Source: Girardia tigrina (taxonomy: Eukaryota). Taken from it: a stretch of 49,713 nucleotides of DNA. The stretch covers positions 66,517-116,229 of the forward strand of contig MQRK01184077.1 in NCBI GenBank assembly GCA_001938485.1, in the 5' to 3' direction. A model generated the notes under the pieces. It had not been told where the DNA came from. It ran no database searches and saw only the letters and a program-made list of their open reading frames with translations. The position numbers and the translations under genes are program-made. This document shows positions 39,601 to 46,913 of the stretch, one piece after another (the stretch's first letter is position 1; each line of letters starts with the position of its first letter).

Positions 39601-42600
39601 TTTTCAATATTCTCATTCACAAGCTATCGCGGCTTTTATGATGAAGACTCTGAAAATCGTGCCGGCGTATGACGCGAGTGCGCGCATACGCTCAAGGAGA
39701 GCAAGCTGGTGATACTGCCACTGGTACTGACGGGCGAGGCGTCAGTCGTATTCCGTGGATTTAGTGACGTGATGCTATGGTTGCGTGATACAACGCCACT
39801 CCAAATTCGACGGGCGTGATTCCGGCGTCCACAGTGTTTGCACAACGGCGGCGATTGCGGCTTCCTGTCGATTTCACAGACCAGCTCCCAAAGAACATTG
39901 GAGTTGTGCAGACGAGGGATTTACAAGTTCGAGACACCGTGTTCGTGAAACCGGCGAACGCGACGTGCACGACTAAGTGGAGACAAGCAGTCGTGAGTGG
40001 GTTCCGCAAATCCCATCAAGTCGAGATTGACGGGGTCCCGTTCCACGTGTCACACATCAGACGCGTGCCAGAGGGTGGATCAACAATGCCAGCGGAGGGG
40101 CTATCAAGTTAGCGAGTGGTCCCCAGATCGACGAATTCAGGTGACTGTAGTGACAGCTCAGACCAGGAAGACGAGCAGACATTGAATAACGTAACGGACG
40201 CCGTTAAAAACAGCCAGACTCAATCAGACGAGATGGGACAACGGACACCGAATCAAGTGACCGTTCGGCCGGTGAGATTTGCAGATTATGTGTGCACTGG
40301 AGTGACATAACCAGATCAGAGCGCTACTCTCCAGTGCACAGACGGTGTATGCGTGTTTGTGCCTTGAAGGCAAGTCAGAGTGTAGTGGAAATAACAGAAA
40401 AGTTGTTTAATTAATCGGAATATTGAGATCAGTTTGAAACTGTTGTGATATAAATAAATTTTCAATATTCTCATTCACAAAGCATATCTGGAAAAACGGA
40501 AAGACTTCCGATCAGCCCCAACATAAATTTATAATTAATAATTAATTGCATGAATTAATTGCACATTCAATTAATTGATCAATCAATAAATCTTCAAAAG
40601 TTTATTATTTGCTGTTAAAAATTTTTAATGTTTTAAGGAAATTGGCGTCTGTAAATTTTTTATGATCTCAAATGCGATATTTCTTTACACAATGAAAATA
40701 TAAATATTACGCATTGTTTGCGTATTTATTATATGGCAAATTTATCGATGAATCTAATGGAAATTTCATAAATGGGGTTTTTTTTAGACAATTCAAAATT
40801 TAAATTGTTAATAAATTAAATAAATAAATAAATTATTTTTATATTGATATCAAATCTTAAAAAATTTAAGCTATTGATTTTCATCTAAATTTTTGTTGGG
40901 GGGGGGGCAGATCGGAAGTAATGTAATGTAATTCATTTATCGATTTATTAAATGAATTTATACTTTTATTAGCGAATTCACCAACTTCTACTTCTCTAAT
41001 CGGCGACGGAGCAAGATTTTCGGACTCCTCTCGTCGAGTAGGTGCAGGATCAATCAATTTTTCATCCAAATTCATCATATGTCCTTCTTTGGGTTTCGTA
41101 TCGTTGATATTGATTATTTTTGTATTTATGTTGACCTTTTTCATCGTTTATTCATCGACTTCCCCTCGTCGGATGGGCGGCGGAAGCACATCGTTGGAAT
41201 CGCCTCGTCGCGCAAATTCCGGATAAATCGGTTGTTTTGTCATATAAAAAATAATTAAATTTGTTTTACTGAACTCCGGGAACTTCACACAGACAGACAG
41301 AATGACAAAAATTATAATTCTATTATAGTATCAATTATATTATATTATATTGATTTATATATATTTCAATTGAGTTATATTAAATTGGTAAATTGTAATT
41401 ATTTTTCTTTTTGTGTCTTAAATTTTGTAAATAGTAAATTATTTATGAAAGTTACTTTACATAACATATTTAAGGATCTTTTGCGTCATCAAGGATGTAA
41501 TAAAACAAGTTACAACTTAGTATGTGAAACTTTGCAGTTTTTGGATTGTATTTGTGGAAGCACGAGTGGAGGCCTTGGTTTATTAGGATTGTATATCAAT
41601 GAGCATAATGTTGGACTGATCAATCAGACTTTAAGAACTCTTACAGAATATTGTCAAGGTCCGTGTCATGATAATCAGAATGCTATTGCTCAGCATGAAA
41701 GTAATGGAATAGATATCATTATTGCACTTATTTTGAATGACATAAATCCGTTGGGTCGTACCAGAATGGATCTTGTTCTCGAATTGAAAGTTTATATTTA
41801 CTATTATTTGTAATTATTAATTCATATTCGCATTTATTTTACGTAGGATAATGCTTCTAAATTATTATTAGCTATTGTGGAGAGTCGCCATGACAGTGAA
41901 AATGCTGAAAGAATTTTAATAAATCTGTCTCCTAAGCAGCTGGTAAATTATTTAATTACTTAATAAAATAAGGCTTAAATATTGAATAATTGAAGTTAAA
42001 GTCGATAACATCCGTATTTTCCATGGTATGTTATGGGTGTCGTCAAAATTTTCGTTGATTATTTGTTCATAATATAAAATATTAAAGAATATTATTTTAA
42101 ATCTTCATTTAAGGTGGATGTTGCAAAATTGGCTTTTTATGAAGATACGTTACTTGATGTCGATGATGTTACAAATGATTCCGGTGTTGAAACTGGATCG
42201 ATTGGAAGGTCAGATTTAGCATCACCTAAAGAAGTTGGGCATAATATTTACATCCTGGCTCATCAAGTCATTAATAGTTGATAAATATTATAGTGTATAT
42301 ATTTTATGTATTTACAGCTTTCAAAACATAAACGGGAACTGGCTCAACTGCTTCAACCAGGTCAGAATGATTCCTACACAGATCAGGCTTTAGAATATTA
42401 TGCGAAACACACTGCTCAAATTGAAGTTTGTTTTAGATAAATTATAATAACTTACATTTATAAGTTTTTTGAAGAATTTACTAAGTTTTAAGTACTAAAA
42501 CATTATATATACATATATTTAATATTGAGGCTGCTTATTTTTCCCATTTTGGATGTTAATCATTTGCCATGGCTGTGAAAACTCGTACATTGGAGATACA

Positions 42601-44510
42601 AATTTACATCTCTAAACATTCACAGTCGAATAGGTCAAGTACGGTTCCTAATCACTAAAAATGTTGCAAATGTAAAACTTCATTAATTTCAAAAGATGAA
42701 TTTTCTATTCTTCAGAAGAATTTTGATTCACATTGTTGTGGATTATATTGTGAATTATTTAAGATTAAGACAGTAAAACCCATCGATTAACATCCAAAAT
42801 TGGAAAAATAAAGCAACATCAGTATTAAATATCTTTAAATATTAAATATACATATACAAGGTAAAAATAATGCAACGCGTTTCGAGATAAAAATCCCGTC
42901 ATCAAATCAATCCAAATCATTTATTAGACTAGCACATAATGCGGGACTTTACAAAAAGTGAAAAACATTTTACAAATAAATCATTGTATAAAAATAAATT
43001 TATTTCATAATTCTTAAAAATTAGTAAATAAATTAGTAATTAAATACACTAAAAGCAATCAATTTCATTCTTAAAAACCTACCAATTACCGTTTGAGAAA
43101 ATAGTACGTTTAATCTATAGTTCCATACTTTAATGGGTGACGGAAATATATTTAAGAGAATTTTTGAATTCATTTTTATCCGATGATTTAAATTTGGTAA
43201 AGTCCCTTATAATGTGCTTGTTTAATACATTGTGTGGATAATCTGATGATGAGTTTTTATCTCGAAACATGTATAATTTTTATCCCTTTAATATAGATTT
43301 ATATATAGATTTTACTTTCCCATTTTTAAATTTTGACAAAAAGATCTTTTCGTAATGCTCCGAAAAGTACTCTAAAATTGCTAATAATTTTACAGGGTTA
43401 AAATCGAAAATTTTTCATTTTTTTTGATTTTTTTTGTTAAAGATTATTTTGTTATATTTTTACATGATATTAAATTTTAATTTTGAAGTGATAAAAGCTA
43501 AAATAATTTTAATAACTCGTAAATCAAAAAATATTTTTATATCCATTCTTTATGACTCTCCTTGACCAACAGAATTTTTTTGTATTCTTTTGTAGAAAGA
43601 AAAATTACTATTATTTTTTTTAATTTAATTAATTATGCTAATAGTAATTATTTAAATTTTTGTAGAAGGTAAAATTTCATACAATAAATTATTACAACTT
43701 CATTTTGCAATTAATTAGTTACTAATAACATAATAAATTTATTATAAATCATGGAACACAAACATTTCTATTTAATGCAGTTGAAACATTTGTGGATAAT
43801 TTTCAAACTTTTTTTTAATTTACGTAAAGTCAGTTTTTCTAAAAGACACAATATATATTGTTGGTTTGTTATTTAAAAAATGAGCATAAAACGCATATTT
43901 TCTATCTGTGGATAACTTTAATAACTTCCGTAGTTGACTAGTAGTCGATAGTCATAGTTTTTTTTATATCAAGGTGTCTCATATTATAGAAAGTTTGGAG
44001 TTTGGCAACTTTTACTGTAAAAGTAATTTACAAAAGGTAAAAGTAGAAGACGTCAAGCTCTACGTAAAAAAAACATTTCAAAATACATTATCGTGATTTA
44101 TTTGTCAAATTGTAGATTAAAGTGCATTTAATGTTTGTATAAATATGATTTGTCATTAATTTTTGTGGACATTCTCTGTAATCTCTTTTGACGCATATAC
44201 ATAATAGTCTAAGATCATTTTTGATTATTATTTTCTTTAAATGTTATTTTGGAATCCAAGTTTTCCTCAAAGAATTCAATATTGTAAGTAAATGCTTATT
44301 TGAATTTATCCATTTAGATCGTCAGAAGCGATAGAAGCATGGAGCGAATCGTATTCCCAATACCGGAAATCTGTGAATATTTAACAGAAGAAACTAAACT
44401 AAAAGTCAAAACTCAAACTGAATTAGATGAACAGGGCTCAAAGGTTCCTGGATTTTTTTCTGAAACAAATTATATGTTTCAAGAAATGCAATGGCAAAAA
44501 TCTTTAAGAG
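2876..44510 (+). CDS. ITPR: Inositol 1,4,5-trisphosphate receptor, partial multi-exon gene (32 coding exons in window; 5' and 3' ends outside)
   Basis: Hand-spliced exons give hallmark IP3R motifs: [129 protein letters not shown]. All 31 introns are GT-AG and exon lengths keep frame throughout. Confidence 0.97.
3077..3368 (+). CDS. ITPR: ITPR exon 2 (IP3-binding core)
   Basis: ttaag|[25 protein letters not shown]|gttagt. Confidence 0.93.
3552..4887. mobile_element. mariner (DD34D) relic with inverted catalytic half
   Basis: Left TIR (TA)tttggtggacaggaaagtaatgtcgttttt; HTH half on + (about 3748-4077: [24 protein letters not shown]); DDD half on - (4234-4848: [33 protein letters not shown]). 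Confidence 0.85.
5898..6070 (+). CDS. ITPR: ITPR exon 3
   Basis: atcag|[40 protein letters not shown]..|gtgcga. Confidence 0.93.
6143..6262 (+). CDS. ITPR: ITPR exon 4
   Basis: tttag|[25 protein letters not shown]..|gtaaat. Confidence 0.93.
6312..6659 (+). CDS. ITPR: ITPR exon 5
   Basis: ttcag|[33 protein letters not shown]..|gtacgt. Confidence 0.92.
7040..7345 (+). mobile_element. Penelope-like element GIY-YIG endonuclease fragment (pseudogene)
   Basis: [58 protein letters not shown], with one frameshift and one stop. Confidence 0.8.
7632..7878 (-). mobile_element. Second Penelope-like GIY-YIG fragment
   Basis: [39 protein letters not shown] on the minus strand. Confidence 0.65.
8884..9056. 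mobile_element. Tigger/pogo-type MITE
   Basis: About 45-bp imperfect TIRs (caattgactttcgctaatccgtgtattatgggaccgaaaaa / tttttcggtctcataatacatggattagcagcgtcgactg-TA). Confidence 0.7.
9286..9955. repeat. Non-autonomous repeat with internal inverted repeat (Helentron/HINE-like family); related pieces at about 37115-37390 and 43521-43582
   Basis: Arms 9286-9352 and 9616-9688 are inverted copies (..tgggtaaaactctacttggtcaac.. / ..gttggccaagtagagttctacccgc..); tail aagctaataaaaa is shared with the 19568-20040 element. Confidence 0.6.
10091..10314. mobile_element. piggyBac-type MITE candidate
   Basis: TTAA-CCC...GGG-TTAA with weak terminal complementarity. Confidence 0.45.
10969..11124 (+). CDS. ITPR: ITPR exon 6
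   Basis: tttag|[30 protein letters not shown]..|gtatga. Confidence 0.93.
11172..11322 (+). CDS. ITPR: ITPR exon 7
   Basis: attag|[21 protein letters not shown]|gttatt. Confidence 0.9.
11374..11500 (+). CDS. ITPR: ITPR exon 8
   Basis: tttag|[24 protein letters not shown]..|gtagca. Confidence 0.9.
11562..11704 (+). CDS. ITPR: ITPR exon 9
   Basis: tttag|..[15 protein letters not shown]|gtatac. Confidence 0.88.
12938..14197 (-). mobile_element. Full-length mariner (DD34D), inactive
   Basis: TA-flanked TIRs ttaggttgtttaaaatataatgtcgtttt / aaaacgacattattttttaacaacctaa; [29 protein letters not shown]; split by frameshifts. Confidence 0.93.
15290..15371 (+). CDS. ITPR: ITPR exon 10
   Basis: accag|[19 protein letters not shown]..|gtaaat. 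Confidence 0.9.
17618..17669 (+). CDS. ITPR: ITPR exon 11
   Basis: tctag|[16 protein letters not shown]|gtattt. Confidence 0.87.
17713..17878 (+). CDS. ITPR: ITPR exon 12
   Basis: tacag|..[33 protein letters not shown]|gttctt. Confidence 0.92.
17925..18086 (+). CDS. ITPR: ITPR exon 13
   Basis: ttcag|[34 protein letters not shown]..|gtaaat. Confidence 0.92.
18650..18985 (+). mobile_element. Possible Mutator-like (MULE/SWIM) transposase fragment
   Basis: Higher-GC island translating [30 protein letters not shown], like the PYA..V..Q..CxC..LPCRHI region of SWIM-bearing MULE proteins. Confidence 0.4.
19568..20040 (-). mobile_element. Helentron-associated (HINE/DINE-1-like) non-autonomous element
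   Basis: 11-bp inverted subterminal repeat accacgttttt (19568) / aaaaacgtggt (20025), short cagacagaca microsatellite, internal 60-bp direct repeat, A/T-run flanks; contains an N gap. Confidence 0.55.
20536..20577 (+). CDS. ITPR: ITPR exon 14 (putative 42-nt in-frame exon in a variable loop)
   Basis: tttcag|[14 protein letters not shown]|gtaaga, phase 0-0, followed by a typical 48-nt intron; no conserved motif to confirm it. Confidence 0.65.
20626..20718 (+). CDS. ITPR: ITPR exon 15
   Basis: cttag|[31 protein letters not shown]|gtagta. Confidence 0.87.
20775..20903 (+). CDS. ITPR: ITPR exon 16
   Basis: ttcag|[36 protein letters not shown]|gtttcc. Confidence 0.92.
20949..21074 (+). CDS. ITPR: ITPR exon 17
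   Basis: tttag|[27 protein letters not shown]|gtatgt. Confidence 0.92.
22825..23917 (+). mobile_element. pogo/CENP-B-like transposon, 3'-truncated pseudogene
   Basis: TA-ccgtgtttcgcaaaatataagacac left end; [59 protein letters not shown]; frameshifted. Confidence 0.88.
24768..24968 (+). CDS. ITPR: ITPR exon 18
   Basis: atcag|[24 protein letters not shown]|gtaaat. Confidence 0.93.
25018..25398 (+). CDS. ITPR: ITPR exon 19
   Basis: tttag|[37 protein letters not shown]|gtatgt. Confidence 0.93.
25564..27288. mobile_element. Decayed hAT (Charlie-like) MITE interrupted by the 25646-26990 element
   Basis: Ends taataattctcaaac.. and ..tttgagaaatgctg, with ggtcgc/gggtcacg subterminal motifs. Confidence 0.45.
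25646..26990 (+). mobile_element. Young Tc1/mariner element, probably maT (DD37D); interior is an assembly gap
   Basis: Perfect 26-bp TIR cagggtgcggcagctatttgagaaca with TA on both sides; ORF start MAEATLT (25736) and C-terminus [40 protein letters not shown]. Confidence 0.88.
27666..28948 (+). mobile_element. Full-length DD41D (rosa/Visitor) element, inactive
   Basis: TA-flanked TIRs cagggtgatcataaagtaactaccg..; [11 protein letters not shown]; QQD-(41 aa)-D ending in SPDLTPLDF; frameshifts. Confidence 0.9.
29309..29437 (+). CDS. ITPR: ITPR exon 20
   Basis: ttcag|[19 protein letters not shown]|gtagta. Confidence 0.9.
29610..29730 (+). CDS. ITPR: ITPR exon 21
   Basis: ttaag|[21 protein letters not shown]..|gtgagt. 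Confidence 0.88.
29933..30620. mobile_element. hAT MITE with 8-bp target-site duplication
   Basis: TAATCATC at 29925-29932 and 30621-30628; TIR ctggtgcgtacgca / tgcgtacgcgcctg; three internal degenerate repeats of about 135 bp. Confidence 0.85.
31255..31451 (+). CDS. ITPR: ITPR exon 22
   Basis: cttag|[22 protein letters not shown]|gtaaga. Confidence 0.9.
31498..31646 (+). CDS. ITPR: ITPR exon 23
   Basis: tttag|[40 protein letters not shown]|gttact. Confidence 0.92.
32680..32932 (+). mobile_element. Helitron-like 3' end preceded by a long hairpin
   Basis: About 42-bp inverted arms 32680-32721 / 32770-32811; GC hairpin agcccgtacct..aggtacgggct (32877-32912) followed by CTAG at 32929-32932. 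Confidence 0.55.
33173..33284 (+). CDS. ITPR: ITPR exon 24
   Basis: tttag|[25 protein letters not shown]..|gtttaa. Confidence 0.92.
33332..33625 (+). CDS. ITPR: ITPR exon 25
   Basis: tgtag|[39 protein letters not shown]|gttagt. Confidence 0.92.
34828..36036 (-). mobile_element. Tc1 (DD34E) element, inactive
   Basis: TA-flanked TIR cagtgcgtttcatattattagaaa; FSDESCF; QD-(34 aa)-E ([19 protein letters not shown]); AKGGHSKF*. Confidence 0.92.
36180..36584. mobile_element. TIR element embedded in a (TA)n microsatellite
   Basis: gactgcaacagagaaaagggaccacaa / ttgtggtccctttttctcagctttagtc, with long (TA)n on both sides. Confidence 0.75.
36866..37031 (+). CDS. ITPR: ITPR exon 26
   Basis: tatag|[24 protein letters not shown]..|gtgctt. 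Confidence 0.88.
37595..37812 (+). repeat. About 218-bp direct repeat, second copy at 40563-40780
   Basis: Near-identical acattcaattaattgatcaatc..ggaaattggcgtc..taaatggggttt. Confidence 0.9.
38107..38417 (+). CDS. ITPR: ITPR exon 27
   Basis: ttcag|..[28 protein letters not shown]|gtaata. Confidence 0.9.
38456..38540 (+). mobile_element. piggyBac-like left end with twin palindromes
   Basis: TTAA-cacattgaatgc, then agtacgagatatctcgtact twice (38470, 38514); no right end found. Confidence 0.5.
39523..40523 (+). mobile_element. Internally deleted Ty3/Gypsy LTR retrotransposon
   Basis: 3' LTR 40381-40523 (TG..CA), truncated 5' LTR 39523-39620 nearly identical; interior gives integrase C-terminus [41 protein letters not shown]. 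Confidence 0.85.
40563..41331 (-). mobile_element. Helitron-like non-autonomous element (second copy of its terminal motif at 39465-39507)
   Basis: Minus strand starts atactataatagaattataa..tctgtctgtctgtgtg, resembling 5' ends of invertebrate Helitrons; includes the 218-bp repeat. Confidence 0.45.
41475..41789 (+). CDS. ITPR: ITPR exon 28 (RIH-associated domain)
   Basis: ttaag|[44 protein letters not shown]|gtttat. Confidence 0.95.
41847..41942 (+). CDS. ITPR: ITPR exon 29
   Basis: cgtag|[32 protein letters not shown]|gtaaat. Confidence 0.94.
42114..42266 (+). CDS. ITPR: ITPR exon 30
   Basis: ttaag|[24 protein letters not shown]|gtcatt. Confidence 0.93.
42318..42425 (+). CDS. ITPR: ITPR exon 31
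   Basis: tacag|[25 protein letters not shown]|gtttgt. Confidence 0.93.
42511..42834. repeat. Inverted-repeat (MITE-like) element
   Basis: About 48-bp arms atatttaatattgaggctgcttattttcccattttggatgttaatc / gattaacatccaaaattggaaaaataaagcaacatcagtattaaatat. Confidence 0.65.
42857..43290. repeat. About 95-bp inverted repeat whose arms carry hammerhead-like cores
   Basis: Arms about 42857-42953 and 43196-43290 are diverged reverse complements. Confidence 0.7.
44318..44510 (+). CDS. ITPR: ITPR exon 32
   Basis: tttag|[39 protein letters not shown]|gtttta. Confidence 0.93.
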
Positions 44511-44735
44511 GTTTTAAATATAATTTGAGTTTTTTCTATAATATAAATAAATAACACTAATTTAATAAAAATAATGAAATTTATTTGCGCTTCAATAACT
44601 TTTATTTCTTATTAACTTAATAAAAAATATGAATTCAAAATAAAATCTGAATTGGAATATTTTTTTTTTAAATTTTATAATAATATTTTGTATTTTTATT
44701 TGAATAATCAGTCTACTCTCGATATGAGGCATCTA

Positions 44736-45981
44736 CCTGGTATTGTGAAAGTCGTGTCAATGTACTTTGACACTAGATTTAAGGAACTTAAGCTAATATG
44801 TAAAAAAAATTTATATTTGGTTTAGAGATTATAAGTATTGACATTCTTTTTAAATCGATCTTTGATATTTAGAATTTTTTGTAAACGCATAGCAGCAAAA
44901 TGTGCTGAGATAGACGTATTGCTTCGTGTTGGTCATCTTTATGATTAAATCGATGAGCACCTTGGATTCTCTGTGCGAACATTAGATTGAATCCTCAAAC
45001 GATTGACAGCAAACGAAAGTCTGTAAGACAGGCATAGGGGGTGATCGAAAATCAAGGCTAAATCTATCTCAGCTCAGAAGGAACATCAATCCCCACCCAG
45101 AGCGATCAATCACAGTTCATGCTTCAAAGTTTGGTGTTTATAAGTCACAGATAAGTCGCGCAGCGAAGAAACTTGGTGGCAAGAGTCTTGTGATGATCGA
45201 GTGACCTTTGCTAACCAATGCGAAGAAATAGAATCGTTTTAAGCGGTGTTATAAATTTGAACTACATAAAATCCCGCCCAGCAGGAATCGTTAACGTCTT
45301 TGAAAACAAAAAACACTTTCCCACTGGATCCATAATGGAACCGTTGCAATAACCATGTCATTCGCTCAAGGGATGATTATATCAGTTATGCACGGAACGA
45401 TTATCAGAACAAAGCATCCTGTTAGTATAATGCTATTGCGTGTGATTACAACGAATGGAAAAGTCAACCCCAAATGTTCTTATCTGCTGGTTACAGACTG
45501 AATCCAACAGGTTACCAACAAGATCTGAGCAAAACTGTACTACCGTGGCTGAAGAAGGAGTTTTCCCTGGGAATTTTTGTTTTTATCAAGACGGTACATC
45601 ATGCCATACGTCTAAAGTCTTCCAAAAGTTCTTTGAGGACAAATTATACAAGCAAAGACAAGGGATCACCATCTTCACCAGATATAAATCCTCTGGATTA
45701 TTCCATATGGGCACGTGTAGACAGTGAAATGCAGAGACCCTGAGGAATTCAGTTGCGAAGATCTGTAAGAATCTGCCAGAGGCATTTTTGATGAAAGCCT
45801 GAGTCGCATTCTGGAAGTGCATGGAAGCTGTTGTGCGAGGGGATCATTTTGAATAAATTGTTTAAAACACGAATTTTAAACTTGAATTTAAAGTTTCATT
45901 GTGGTATCTTTTATATTTTCTGAAATATACATGTTTATCTGTTTGGAGAGCTTTTTTGACAAGACAATTCACAACACTTGG
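44736..45981 (+). mobile_element. Decayed maT (DD37D)-like element
   Basis: Imperfect TA-flanked TIRs cctggtattgtgaaagtcgtgtcaa / ttgacaagacaattcacaacacttgg; RTKHPVSIM, VLPWLK, YQDGTSCHTSK, SPDINPLDYSIW, GDHFE*. Confidence 0.8.
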
Positions 45982-46913
45982 TACTCATGCATGAAAACAT
46001 TGTTATATCTAGAGATTAGCGACTTACCCTTTGAAAAGTATTTTTATTATTTTTCATACATCAAAAGAAACATTCCTAATTAAAATAAAAAAATATTTTG
46101 GAAATCATTTTTTAAGGAGTTTAAACCAAAATCTGCTTTGACTATTGCTTTATCTAATTTTGAATGTTGATTTGAAGTTATTAGAGGAACTCGGTTGATT
46201 TTTTAGACCCTTTTTTAAGAACATCAAAATTCTTAATAACATCTAATGATGATGATTCAATTAAGAAACTTATCGTCAAATAACTGATGCAGCAATGTCT
46301 TGGTCCTTGTTTCCTCTTCCGATATCAAATAAAACTAATTTAAATAACTAATTTAAAAACTAATTCATTACTAATTTAAGTTAGTGAGCGACAATAAGTT
46401 TACCACTTGTATTTCTGTTCGAATCAAAATTAAAGAATTTTTGAACTCTTTTAATTTTAAACTGAAAAAAGAATTTCTTTTGTAATGATAAATTCGAATT
46501 TATGTTAATTCTTAGAAGATAAAAATAATAAAAAACATTCTCATCATGAATAATACGTTTTGTATGCTTACAATTTTTTTATACTGATGTTATTTCGTTC
46601 CAAGAGACTGATATGAAAACAATAATTACGACAACACTGATGCTCTTAATATCCTAATTGAGGTTTTCCAATTTTTAAACTAGTTTACTTACGAATATAT
46701 GTTCCAATGCATTATAGCTCTCATAATACCCTTACCTTTAATGGGAATGTAGAAATAGAATTGTTTTGGTTTAAAAAATCTTCTTTGAATATTTGATAAC
46801 TAAATTTTATTATAAGTTGTATGTATTAAGTAACAAAAATCAAAACTTACTACCTCTAATGAGGTATTTTAAGTAATTTTTTAAGAAAGCACCCATATCT
46901 TTGTTTATGTATA

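Noticed and set aside
2876-44510. Non-canonical introns or a variant genetic code
   Set aside because: Every junction is explained by GT-AG and I saw no in-frame stop in any exon under the standard code.
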